From contig BAAFSQ010000014.1 in the NCBI GenBank assembly GCA_054661495.1, positions 30,001 to 62,000 of the forward strand: 32,000 nucleotides of DNA, written 5' to 3'. The translations under genes were made by a program, and so were the position numbers. The notes beneath the pieces are model-generated. The model was given only the letters and a program-made list of their open reading frames with translations, was not told the DNA's origin and did no database searches. Positions 1 through 11,882 of this stretch are shown here, in pieces (positions within the stretch are counted from its first letter, which is position 1; every line of letters begins with the position of its first letter). The stretch is from Zygophlyctis sp. KS116 (Eukaryota > Fungi > Chytridiomycota).

Positions 1-1
1 A

Positions 2-742
2 AGAATCATGAATGTGCAAAGAGAAATGAGTGAAAGAGCTCTAGAGCTGTTGGATCTAGATGTTGAGCCAAAGTTTCTTTTGGATTTAGGATGTGGATCT
101 GGACTTTCAGGACAAGTACTAAATGAAAACGGTCATGTTTGGGTTGGACTAGATATTTCTAGAGATATGTTGGACATTGCAAAAACAAATCAGACTGGAG
201 ATCTTTTTCTACAGGATTTGGGAGATGGTGTTGGATTTAGACCTGGGACTTTTGATGGTGCATTCTCTATATCTGTTCTACAGTGGTTATGTAATGCAGA
301 TCAGTCTCATCATGATCCAAGGAAGAGATTATATAGGTTTTTTAGTACATTGTATACTGCTCTAGTAAGAGGTGCAAGAGCAGTTTTTCAATTTTATCCA
401 GAAAATGAAAGTCAGTCTGAAATGATTATGGCTCAGGCTGCAAGGGCTGGTTTCTCTGGAGGATTGGTGGTGGATTTTCCAAATTCTGCAAAAGCTAAAA
501 AATATTATTTATGTCTGTTTGCTGGTAGTGACGGTGTCTCAAAAATGGAACTTCCAGAGGGTTTACAAGATGAACATACTGCTCCGTTTGAAAATGAACG
601 AATAAAGGGGAAAAGCAAGTCAAGACGTCCTGCTAAAGATAAAAAATGGGTCCTTCATAAAAAAGAATTATATAGATCAAGAGGAAAAGACACTCCTCTA
701 GATTCCAAATTTACGGCTCGTAAGAGAAGGCCAAAGTTTTAG
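2..742 (+). CDS. BUD23: 18S rRNA m7G methyltransferase Bud23/WBSCR22 (5' end lies upstream of the window)
   Basis: SAM motif LDLGCGSGLSG, GFRPGTFDGAFSISVLQWLCNAD, GARAVFQFYPE, GFSGGLVVDFPNSAKAKKYYL, and C-terminal DSKFTARKRRPKF. The frame is open from position 2. Confidence 0.95.
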   Translation, partial: RIMNVQREMSERALELLDLDVEPKFLLDLGCGSGLSGQVLNENGHVWVGLDISRDMLDIAKTNQTGDLFLQDLGDGVGFRPGTFDGAFSISVLQWLCNADQSHHDPRKRLYRFFSTLYTALVRGARAVFQFYPENESQSEMIMAQAARAGFSGGLVVDFPNSAKAKKYYLCLFAGSDGVSKMELPEGLQDEHTAPFENERIKGKSKSRRPAKDKKWVLHKKELYRSRGKDTPLDSKFTARKRRPKF

Positions 743-754
743 ATTTTAACAAGA

Positions 755-2551
755 TTATAGAGCATGAAAAGTGAATTTTGAAGATTTTGGAGTTTCCTCG
801 TTTGCGATTATTGTCATTGATCTTCTATGACTCATTGACTTTCTAGGACTGGACTGATGAGACTTTGATGTTCCTCGCACTAGAGAAGGCGTTTTCCTTC
901 CAAGTGAAGAAGTAGTTGATCCATTAAAAGACTGGTTTTCCTGCCAAGTCTTATTTTGAACCACTTCTGTTACCGCTTCTTCAGTTAAAGATTTCTCATT
1001 TGATCTTTTGAGTAAAACGGTCAAGCCTGTGATCCATAAATCCCTATCAGCCCAATTCAAAGGCTGTAGTCTGATTATTCTGTTTCCGGTCATTAAATCC
1101 AGACTATCAACCTCTGCAGGAGAATAATTCTTATGAGCTTGAACATCTTCGTTCCATGTTACTGAATTAATCGGAACTAGAATTATTTTAAATAAAACCC
1201 ACCAATCTTTGTCGCTGAGCGTGGATTTCCTTGAGATGGAGAAGTATTTGACCAATGAAGCGTCCTTGAATACGGATTTACCCAAACATACCTTAATTTC
1301 GGATTCTTTCCATTTCTATTATATTTTTGAAACTTTAATTAGATTATTGCTCTTACCCATGAGCCAATCATTGTGTATACCAAAGCATCAATCATATTCT
1401 CACCAGATCCCGGTCCTTCATGAATTCTTGAAATTCTTTCACTTGTTTCTGAAGCAAACTTTGATTTTTCACAATCTTGTGAGCACTTCAACTCTTTATA
1501 ATCGTGTAATTCATTAAACATTGACCCAAAGTTCTTCATTTCTATACTAAACCGTGATTTCTTCTTTACTAAAAGATCATGATGCTGTTCTGACTGGAGA
1601 ATTGAGGGTACTTGAAGCCCCATGTGCCTCTTAATCTCCCATTGATTTTCATCTTCATTTTCCCATAATACTATCTGTGCAGTCTCTGACAACTTTAAAA
1701 ATTGCCCAAATTCAAAAACTGTTTGAGAGTCTTTATCATTGACCTTTACATCTTGTTTTATATTGAGCATTTTAACCTCTAATTCCTTATTTAATGACAT
1801 TAGATTATCAATTTTCAATACCAAAATCGCATTTTCTGTCTGAAGATGCGACAATGTTGAAAGAACTTGATCATCAACACGCAATTTTTCACTCTTTGCT
1901 TGTGAATTTCTAATTTGAATCAAACTTTGCGTGTCTGTCTGAGTCTTTATAGATCTATTTTCTTTTAAATTTTCTTTAGAGTCCTCTTGTCCTCTTTGTA
2001 TAATGTTTTCCCTTTTTTTTATATTTTCTACTAAAGTTTCCAACTCTTTACTCCTTGATAGACTTGAGAGATACAAATTTTGCAACTTTTCACATTCATT
2101 TTGTAGATTTCTTTCATTCTTTTTCAAGTTTTTACATATTTCATTAGATTTATCTAATAAATTCTTTTGATTTTGCAGAGATTCATTTATAGTTTGATTT
2201 TGAATTTCTAAATTCCAATTTGTCTCATTCATTGTATCTAGTCTTAGTAATTTAAAAAATACCATTATTACTCAAGAGTTTATCATATTTCTTTTTAAGA
2301 TTTTTGTTTTCCACCTTTAAGATTTCTATCTTGTCTAATAGTTCCTGTGAGTCTTGACTTTGAGTTTCCAAGTCTCCCAATTTCAATCGTCTAGAAGACT
2401 TTGGCGTTGAGAATTTCCTATCTTGACTTGTAGTTTCTTGTAGTTTCTTTTTTAGAAAATCTATTTCTTCTAACAATGCTTGTCCCACTGAAGCCGCTAA
2501 TTCAATGTCTGCTTGTTTCTCTTTGAGTTGGTTTTGTAGCTCTGATAACAT
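755..2551 (-). CDS. Coiled-coil protein with N-terminal HAP1_N/CC1-box-like segment and C-terminal Num1/Mcp5-type PH domain (~573 aa)
   Basis: Introns 2238-2262 (25 nt), 1333-1356 (24) and 1177-1202 (26) join three ORFs. Splicing gives ALVYTMIGSWFQKYNR...RYVWVNPYSRTLHWS...RDLWITGLTVLL (Num1-type PH). The N-terminus reads KEKQADIELAASVGQALLEE. Confidence 0.75.
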
Positions 2552-2702
2552 TCTTGGCCCGATAAAGTCCGAATTTGTACTTGCAGTTGTTGCACTGTAA
2601 CTTTTATACTAGTCTAAAGATCAAGTATTAAATCTTAAGTCTTGTAACTGAAAGAGTCTAAAAGATCAATCTATAGACTCCGATTACTAGTAATTTGGCG
2701 GA
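2552..2702. promoter_or_regulatory. Divergent promoter region (Num1-like / PIH1D2)
   Basis: 151-nt spacer between head-to-head ATGs. Contains imperfect direct repeat agtctaaa(a)gatcaa and TTTGGCGG at 2694-2701. Confidence 0.6.
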
Positions 2703-3618
2703 ATGAATGGACTAGAGTCTCTATTGAAATCCCTTGGCCCAGAAGATCCAGAATGGCTCAAAAAGTCTCAAAAGATTTGGGAAACTCTAGATGATTTGGC
2801 TGCAAAGGACCCAATTGAGTACAAGAATTTCATTCAGACAGCTCAAAGAGAAGCTCAAAATTCTAGACTAGTAAAGCCTGGATGGGGAATACAAGTATTT
2901 AATTTTTATTTAATGATAGACTTGGATAAAGTCTGGAGACTATTTTAAAAAAGTATACATAAATCTAGGAATTAGCGAAAGAATATCTCCACCATCAAGT
3001 TTAGATCTGAATAATGTTAGTGTTCCATTGATAGTAGGAACTCCAAGGAATTTTGAAAATACTAAAGTCTTGGATATTGTATATCATTCTAGTGTTTTAA
3101 AGAAAACAATGCAAGATTCCAGTTATTTTAATGCAATTTTGGATCTAAGTTGGGGAGCTTGTAAAGAAATATTAGATTGGGAAATAGTGACTAGTCATGG
3201 TATAGAAACTAAAAAAGATTTATATTATGGAAGATATGGATGGGATGATAAAGGATCTCCAATTTCGGACGAGTTAAAGTCAGAAATTGTTTTTAAAGAA
3301 CAAGTTGAAGAATCAGCAAGTTTGAATCTTGAAGATTTAAAAGACAATCAAGAACAAGTTGGATTAATTCAGGAAATCAAGGTGGAAAAAAAAGAACCAA
3401 TGTACAAGATTATTACAGAATCTGAAATTCTTAAAATTTTAGTCTATCTCCCACAGATTAATAGTGGAAAAGAAGCTAATGTGCAATTGAAAGATTCTAA
3501 TTTAAGTGTGGAAACAGAATCTGACTATTTATCTCTGGAATTAGCAGATCTGAAAAATGTTTTATCTGCAGAATTTAGTAAAAAGTCTGGGATTCTCAAA
3601 ATTGTTTTACAAAAGTAG
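2703..3618 (+). CDS. PIH1D2: PIH1-domain + CS-like protein, PIH1D2-like (R2TP/dynein assembly co-chaperone family), ~296 aa
   Basis: Intron 2895-2919 (25 nt) joins the ORFs in frame. WETLDDLAAKDPIEYKNFI and KKVYINL...ISPP...VPLIVG match the PIH1D2 pattern; C-terminal AEFSKKSGILKIVL is CS-like. Confidence 0.8.
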
Positions 3619-3734
3619 ACATTATATTTAATTAAAACTTGAACTCTCGTGTATGACTGTCTGCTTGACTAAAAGTAAATCTAGAGCATCAAGGAAACCT
3701 AGCAATAAGCAATAACCTAGGACATTTGTGCAAA

Positions 3735-5039
3735 ATGATTGATGACGTAATCAGTTTTTAATTCATAAATAGGCTGAATGTGATATATGTGGAAGTGCGC
3801 AGTCTCCGGCAGTAAACCCAATCATGTTTTGTGATGGTCTGGGATGCGATGTTCCTGTTCATCAGAAATGCTACAAGGTAGAATCTATTCCTGATGGGCC
3901 ATGGTATTGCAAAAGGTAGAAATTCTACTTAATACAAGATGTTTGGATAAGGTACCAATTTATGCTACAAATGTTGTTTGTTGTCAACAAAAGAGTGGTG
4001 CGCTGCTAAGAACAAGTGGGAAAAGGGAATATATTCATGCTGTTTGTGCTTTCTGGAATCCAAAAATATCTAATAGTAGTATAAATTCTGTAGTCAAGGT
4101 TGATCCAAGACTGTTTGCTAAAAAGGTAATTTTTAAGATTTTAGATATGGGATGGCTAGTCTCTGTATATTCTAAATTTTTGATTTAAATTTTTGATTAA
4201 AATATTTACAATTAGGGATGTACTATTTGTGGAATTCCAACTGGGCTTACTGTAGAATGCTCAAAGCCAGGATGCTCGCGAGAGTTTCATGTAACTTGTG
4301 CTCTAGACACCAAAATTCTTGAAAGAACACTAAAGGACTTTTGTAATTCAGATAAATTGAAATGTCCAAAGCATTATGCAGTCATGACAAAGGAAAATAT
4401 AATGACAGATTTGTCACTTTATAAAGATAAAAACTTTAATGGTATATTTTAAGTTACTAAAAATTCAGATAAGAATGGGTTATACAAGCCAATTATTATT
4501 AACAAACCAGAGATTCAATCTCCCCGAAATTTGGATTTTGGTTCTGCTAAAAGAATTTCAATTGAAAGGATTTGTGAGCCAGAGAGAAAAATATTCAAGA
4601 CGGAACAGGGTGGTAGTTTTGAGTGGTTGGCTGAAAAAATACTTTTGATTCAGAAAACGGTAGAAGCAATGGGAAATATGTCTCCGGAATTTAAAGGTAT
4701 GAAAAAGTTGCTAACAATTTAGCTGAGATTGATAAATTTAAACTTCCTAGTCTGTCAGACATCCCTATCAAGAGATATTCACAAGATAATAGTGACAAGG
4801 AAAAGGATTATCAAGAAATGCAAAAGAAATACATGATCGCTCAGGAAGAGCTCAATAGTCTGCAAAAAGAAGTGGTGAGGTTGAAAGACGCACATCAATC
4901 TGAAATGAAAAAGTCTGATAATTTAAAGCAATCTATTTTCAGGCTATTAAAGTTTTTTGATCTTCCTGATCATCTTAAACTTAAAGTTCCGTCGGATGTT
5001 GATAATGTGCTATCGGCTATATGCAAGGAATTAGATTAA
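3735..5039 (+). CDS. PHD-Zn knuckle-PHD (PZP) protein with C-terminal coiled coil, AF10/AF17- or Nto1-like (~370 aa)
   Basis: Introns 3747-3772, 3916-3938, 4126-4215, 4442-4468, 4697-4722. Spliced sequence: CDICGSAQSPAVNPIMFCDGLGCDVPVHQKCYKVESIPDGPWYCKRC ... YIHAVCAFWNP ... CTICGIPTGLTVECSKPGCSREFHVTCA. Confidence 0.8.
4173..4198. repeat. 13-nt tandem duplication taaatttttgatt x2 inside the 90-nt intron
   Basis: Read directly at 4173-4185 and 4186-4198. Confidence 0.9.
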
Positions 5040-5057
5040 ACCGGTGTCAAAACTCTC

Positions 5058-8000
5058 TCACTGGCTTTTTACATAGTCTGTTATAGCCTCTGTCCAATTC
5101 GATTTTGCACCACGACTTGGCATTAAATAAAAATAATTTACATTTCTCCCCTCATTTTGTATGCAGTAAGATCATCGGGAGCTAACTCAATAACTTTTGA
5201 AAATACTTTTTCGGCATCATCCAATTCATTGGTTGAAAATAAAATTGAGGCCTTATTGAAAAGAACATTCTTGTTCAATGGCTGTAGTTCAGCAGCTGAA
5301 ATCATATCACTTTTGGCCCCTTCTTTATCGCCATTGAGCAATCTGCAAAGTCCCCGATTCATCAATGATGAAACATCTTTCTTATTAATTTCCAATGCCT
5401 TATTTAATCATTTAAAATTATTGATACCTTGTTATAAAATTTCAAAGCTAATTCCCATGATTTTTGTAAAAAGTACAAGTTTGCTGCATTGAAATAGGCG
5501 AGGCCATATTTTGGATTAACTTTGATTGCAATCTAATCTTTAAAGCGATGGAAATATTACCTTGAAATTCTGCAAAGCAGAAACGGGATCACCAAGTTTC
5601 TGATAAATGATTCCTCTATTGGTAATATATTCAGCGTTATTTGGATCCAGTTCCTAACATTATTCAAATAAAAAGCAATACGATAGCCTTTGATACGTCT
5701 AAAAGGGCTCCGTAAGTATTCTTCATAGCTAAATGAATAATAGCTCGTCCTTCATAAGCAGAATGATATTCTGGATTTATGGCCAGAACAAAAGAAAAAA
5801 TATTCCAAGCTCTTTTGTAAAGATTGTCCATTTGATATGTATATCCGATATTAGTAAGAGCTTGTAAACAGGAAGGTTTTAAATGTAAAGCTTTAATGTA
5901 GTCTCTTCGTGCCAATACCGGTTGATTTTGCGTAAATTTCACATTACCACGGCCAAGCAAAAGTCCAATATTTTCTGGATGGCGTTCGATAGCTTTATTA
6001 TATTCTAGCATACTTATTGATTCCTTACAAACTTTATGAAGTGCTAATGCTAATAGCGATTTCAATTCAGTATCTTCCGGGTCAAGTTCACTGGCAACAG
6101 CCAAATCTAAAATTGCATTTTCTGTATCTCCGATACTCCAGTATAATAGGCTCCGATTTTTGTAGGCTTTAATATCATTTGAGAGAAGAATAACTATACT
6201 ATAGTCCTTGATTGCTTTGTCATATTCATGAATTTCATCGTATGTAAGACCTCGGTTGAAAAAAGCTTGATGGCATCCATTTTCCGATTCAATGGACTTT
6301 GAAAAGTCTGAAATGGCTCCATTATAGTCCTTTACTTCCTTTCGGCAGCATCCACGTAAAAGATGGGCATGTATGCTACTAGGCTCCAACTTGAGGGCTT
6401 CATCACAATCTGCTATTCCACTTTTAAATTTTTTCTTATTGAAATAATGAGTAGCTCTTGTGAGATATGCCTCGAAATAGCGTGGGTCTAGACTGATAGC
6501 CTTGATTTTCAATGCAAAAAAAGTACCTTTGTCAAATCCTCTAAGCATTCTTTTTGGAATTTCATTGAGCATAATCCTCTATGATAAAATGCTTTAGCAA
6601 AATGTGAATCGATTGTAATAGCTTCTGAAAATTCTCTGATTGCAAGATGAAAATCCAACAAATTTTCGTAGCAAATACCTCTTTGCAAGTAAACCAAAGG
6701 ATCATTATTCCTTATTTTCAGAGCCTTGTCCAGGTCTTTCAAAGCACCTAAGAGTATTAATCAGACTTTGAGTAATTACCACGATTATCATTACATTTGA
6801 TCCTAGCCTTGGCAATCAAAAGATAAACAGAAGGATCCTCCAATATATGAAATTCGCTTCGTTTATCGAATTCACAAACGATTTGGGAATATTTTCTTTG
6901 GAAACTGAGTATCAGGGCTCTCTATTTGATTGGCTAGATCAGCTTTTACCTGGATAAATGTTTGTGCTATTCCTGAATTTAATTCAAATGCTGTATGAAA
7001 GTCATAAGTAGCTTCTTTCATTTTCCTAATTCTTTAAATTTCATGATTACCCGATCCTTAGCAGAATTCTTCCTCGGTACAAATATAACATGTAGTTACC
7101 AGGGAAAGCATGAATTGCGCGGCTATAATCTTGAATTGATTTCTGAGCATAAGCTTCGCTTATTCCTTTTTTATGAGAATCATTTTTGCCTTCAAGTTCC
7201 ATTTCAGCACTTCCAAGGCTGATATTATACATCATGTGATAAAGTTCCCCCCTGCTTAGAAAGGCCTGTAGTTGATGCGGATCTAAGGATCAGTAGATAA
7301 TCTGGTTTACCAAGCTTAATGGCTTCATCTAAATAATACAGAGACTGATCGTGTTCTTTACTGATTTCCATATTTAATATTCCAAGTTCCAAAAAAGCAC
7401 TAGACTTTTTGGGATTTTGATCAACCACCATTTTGTAGTCAATTGCTGCAAAAAGCTTTTCATTTCGAGTGGCGTATAATTGAGCTAATATTAGACTTCG
7501 AAATTACTTACCTCGATGATAAAAAGCATCGCTATTCAACGCAGAATCATCTAACAATATGGAAACACTAAAATCCTGACGTTAAACATAATTTTTACCT
7601 GGATGGCTTGATTGACATTTCTTTCTTTTAAAAGACAGCCTCTGTGAAAGTAAGCTTGTGCATTATCAGGAAGCATTTGAATACATGTACAAAGGTCCTT
7701 ATATTTAAGTTACATATTAAATATACATCGAGCGCATTATCCCATCTTGAAATAGCAGCATTAGATCTCCCTCTATATAAATAAGAAAGGCCATTGCCTG
7801 GAGATAGGTAAATCAACTTCGTAAATGCATCTATCGAGTCCTCCCACAATTGCTTTTGAAAGAAGTATAACGCAAAGTTGAAGATTGCATGTTCATTAGA
7901 AGGATCTAATTCTCCAACTACTTTGAAATCTTCATTTGCATAAACAATGTCCTAATTAAAATAATTAAACGCTCGTTAAATACCTGCTCTTTTTCATATA

Positions 8001-10839
8001 AGCATGCTCTCTGGTAATATCCATAAGGGATATCCGGTTTTAAGCGAATAACAGATGAATAATTTGCAATTGCCAACTTATTCAATCCTGTGGCTGTTAC
8101 ACCATTTGTATTACCTAATTCTTTGTATATTCTGGCTTTAGTATCAAAAGCGCCCAAATGAGATTTATTACCGTCTGTCAGTGAGTCCAAATCCTTGATG
8201 GAAAGTTCTACGTTATGGATTTTGAGAAATAATTGATGCCTAAACCAAAATGCCTCGCTATTATAAGGATCTAATGTCTATTATTTCGAAAAAGTTACCA
8301 AATGAAATAGATTTATCAAAATCAGAAATCGCTTCTTCATATTTACCACAGCGCATTAATATATATCCTCTGCGTCTAAAATGAGATGGGATTACAGCTG
8401 AAGATGATTTGATTAAGAAGTTGAGCCTTTCTAGTTCCCTGCTCGGATCTTTTTCGAACTCTATAGTATCCTGATCGTCGATGGGCATTTCAGTGTAAGC
8501 ATCATATGGAATCCCGATATCATTCAGAGTCCGATATTTATAAATTTCGTATGGAGTAAATACTTGAGCCCTATGGCTCCGATCGTGGATTCTATCAAAA
8601 AAAGAATTTTCTGGTTTTAAGAATCCCAAAGCTGCCAAAAGTTGATTGAGTGCGCCACCTGCCAGTGCTGAGCTAATACTTTGCTCAACTTTTATTGGTA
8701 TCGCCGAATTAATATCTTCCTTCGATTCCATTTTTGACAATACGGATTCCACGCTTGCATAAATGCTAGATTGGATTGAAGAAACAGATCCAAAGTCTAC
8801 TTGTTCATCGATTTTCGTATTTAATATGTCTTGGGAATTAAGAGGCGGTAAATCTAATGAAGCTCCTTCTAAATTTATCCCGAGTGATTGTCTTCTTTTT
8901 CTAAGATAAAACTGCCTTGGATTTTCATGATTTTCAGAAATAGAATCTTCGACTTCATTTTTTTCCTCGATTTTTGGCGAGGCTGACTCCAAACCTTTCA
9001 CTTGGCTTACAGAAGATCTCCTTTTTTGCAATGAAATACTTTTGCTTCTCTTTTTAACTTTTGAAACATGGCGAGCTTTTGATATTTCGGCAGTATTGAG
9101 TGAAATAGTTTGAAAACTCTCTGTATCATCTACGACTTTGATAAATTCTGCGGGAGAACTTAGGTTGAGATTTTGATGCTGAAGTTCATTCTCTGTCTCT
9201 TCAACTATTTCTAGCTGAAGCTTGGGAATAATTACGCTTTTTTTTCTTGATTTAACATTACCCAAACTTCCCGGATGTGCCTTCGTTTCGATAAATTCTT
9301 CTTGATTGACTAGTTCAAGAGAATTTTCTTGCAAGATCTGAGATTTGTTTAGCGATTGAGTTTCAGTATCCTTCACTTCTAAAAGTTCTGATGGGATCGT
9401 AAATTCTCCTTGAGATACCTACAGATTAATACTTTTTCTCTTACAGTGATTCGAGAACGAGAATTTCTAGCTGAATGAGCACGAACATAGTCTGATATTC
9501 TCTCTTTGATTGGCAAAGAAGGATCTACATGCATGCCTAATGAAGTTGACCCTCTTGCGAATTCAATCGTAGAAAGCTTCATACTTTTAGACTGTGGAAT
9601 AAGACTTTCCAATCTTGTGTCTGAAACCTGATTAACTGATGGGGGAATAAGATCATTTGATACCACATTATCCTCGGATACCAAATCTGCACCATTTATA
9701 GCATTCACATAACTAAAATTAATTGATTAAAAATACTGGTCAATATTTCTCTTGGGTTTATAATCCTCCTTCTTTTTTAATGATGCAATGTGTCTATAAA
9801 AAGATGTTGGTGCAGCCTCTATCATATTTTCTCGTTCAACTTTTTCCTTTGCTTCAATATTTCTTTTCCCGATTAACTTTACAGATTTGACTACTAAAGC
9901 CTCATTCAGCTCTTGATCTGAACCATCTGAATCAGTTTCAGACTCTTTATTATCTCTTTTAACTTTTTGATTATCTTCTTGTATAGAATCCTCTATAGAG
10001 TCCTCTATATTTGACTCATCTGTGTACTCTGAATCTTGACTATAATCTGAATTTTCAGAGTAATACGAGCCCGAATCTTTATCATTTTCTGAATTAGACT
10101 CTTCATCTTGACTAAAATCTTTTGAATCAAACTCTTCTTGATTAGAATCTTGTTGTAAAATATCTGATAGTTGTAAACTTTCTGTAAGATCTACTGAAGA
10201 AGAAAATTCCAAATTTTCTACATATGATGATCCTTTTCTAGAATTTTGTAAATCCAAATCCTTTTTTACAAGAACTTGAGTGTATTTCTTAAACACATCA
10301 TCTACATCTTTTAATTCCTTTATACCACTTTCAAAGTCTTGAAATGATTCTACGACTAAAATTGGATCTAATATTTGAATTTCTTGAGAATCGTGTAAAT
10401 CATCCTTTACAACCACCAATTCTTCTTTTAACTTGACTGTATCTGGCTCTAAATCATAACCTTTTAAATTCCTAATGGGAGACTCTAATTTCCTCCCAAC
10501 CATACATACTTTCAAGTCTAATTCAGGCGAAGGAGATCTAGCCTTTATAATTTCCTTTTGAATAGTTTTGTCCTCTCTAGTATTTTTAGAGATTGTATTT
10601 CTTTTAATTTTAGAAATAAATTCATTGACTGATACTTTTTCTTCTTTTCCTTTTAGACTAGAGACTTTAGGAACCTTGATCTTGTTAATTTTTGGAGCTT
10701 CTTGATCATCTTGTAGTAAAGATTCTAAAGATAATTTTGGTAGAAATGATATGATTTGCTCTTTATTAAGTTTTTTCCTAGATTTAGTAAACAGAGCATT
10801 CAATTCAGACGCAATATCTCTATTCTTTCCATTTTTCAT
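5058..10839 (-). CDS. Large TPR-repeat protein (TTC6-like) with long acidic low-complexity N-terminus, ~1770 aa
   Basis: 17 introns of 23-32 nt (e.g. 9713-9736, 9419-9444, 8271-8298, 6501-6526, 5116-5141) link all minus-strand ORF fragments in frame. There are many TPR motifs (AFYHRG, AFFNRG, AISDFSKSI). Stop TGA at 5058-5060. The start codon and the TTC6 assignment are less certain. Confidence 0.8.
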
Positions 10840-11033
10840 GATAATTTCCTATCGGAACTATTCAGAGCTACCGAGCAGAGGATCCAGAGTCCTAAATTCA
10901 CAAATATCAAAAACAATGTCCAAAACTCTTGTGTTGCAACATATAAACTTGTCAGTACCAACAATAATATAATAAATGTTATATGAAACATTTTTAAGAC
11001 TTGATGATCTAATTCCGCAAAGAGTGATTCCAT
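10836..11033 (-). CDS. PKR1: Small two-TM protein resembling V-ATPase assembly factor Pkr1 (65 aa)
   Basis: MESLF...HITFIILLLVLTSLYVAT...LFLIFVNLGLWI follows the Pkr1 pattern (ES.F...H..F..L...L..L..AT...L.W) with two hydrophobic helices. Confidence 0.6.
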   Translation of the reverse strand: MESLFAELDHQVLKMFHITFIILLLVLTSLYVATQEFWTLFLIFVNLGLWILCSVALNSSDRKLS

Positions 11034-11202
11034 TGATAATTTAAAGTCTTAAAGTTAACTGCGGTTGACTGCGTACAAACTCTTATTGCGTACAAATTTA
11101 GTATTTACAGGACCAGAAAAGAAATCACACATCTTTTCAGACTTTTTTATTTTTAGATTGCTCTAAACTTGAAGATCAAACTTACTGAGAATCCTAAAAA
11201 AA

Positions 11203-11748
11203 TCAAGAATTTTTAATTGTTATAGCAGTTCCTATTACCTTTTTAGCAATATCTGCTAAAATAGCACCTCTTCTTTCCAAAGGAAGAGAATTAAACGCTT
11301 CATAAACACAAACTCCCTTCATATCTCGTACTTTACCTGCACGAGAACCAAAATAATATCCTAGAATAGCACCAGGAATATTAAAAATTATAAATCCCAA
11401 AATAATACCTGCAATCGCTCCTTGTCTTTAGAAAATAGTAAAATTACCTATTAATTGCCAGTAATATACTGGATTTGGTACTTCTGGAATCAGTAAATCA
11501 TCAAACATTGAAGTAAACAAGTACATTGGATCTACATTTGATCCTAATCTTTTACTAGATTCATAATCTTTTCTTTTACTAGGATCAGAGAGTATAGAGT
11601 AAGCATTTGCAATTTCCTGAAATTTAGATTTTGCATCATCAGAAGAATTGCGATCAGGATGATATTTTAAAGAAGAAGCAATATATGCCTTTCTTAATTC
11701 TTCAGGGGATACAGAAGGAGACACACCCAAGATTTCGTAGTAATCCAT
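11203..11748 (-). CDS. J-domain (DnaJ) protein with C-terminal glycine-rich hydrophobic segment (~172 aa)
   Basis: DYYEILGV...KYHPDRN...KFQEIANAYSILSDPSKRKDYE. Intron 11421-11447 (27 nt) joins to GAIAGIILGFIIFNIPGAILGYYFG. Confidence 0.9.
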
Positions 11749-11882
11749 CTAATCTAATCTAGTCTTATTGACCCACTAGGTTAGTTATAAGAAGGGTATA
11801 ACTTAAGTAAGAGAGTGTAATAAGTACTTTTGTAATAAGTACTTTTTATATAGTTTTAAAACCTTTAAAACCTGAAAATTCA
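11749..11882. promoter_or_regulatory. Divergent promoter region (DnaJ / VPS25)
   Basis: 134-nt spacer between head-to-head ATGs. Confidence 0.6.
11816..11845. repeat. Perfect 15-nt tandem duplication tgtaataagtacttt x2
   Basis: Read directly at 11816-11830 and 11831-11845. Confidence 0.9.
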
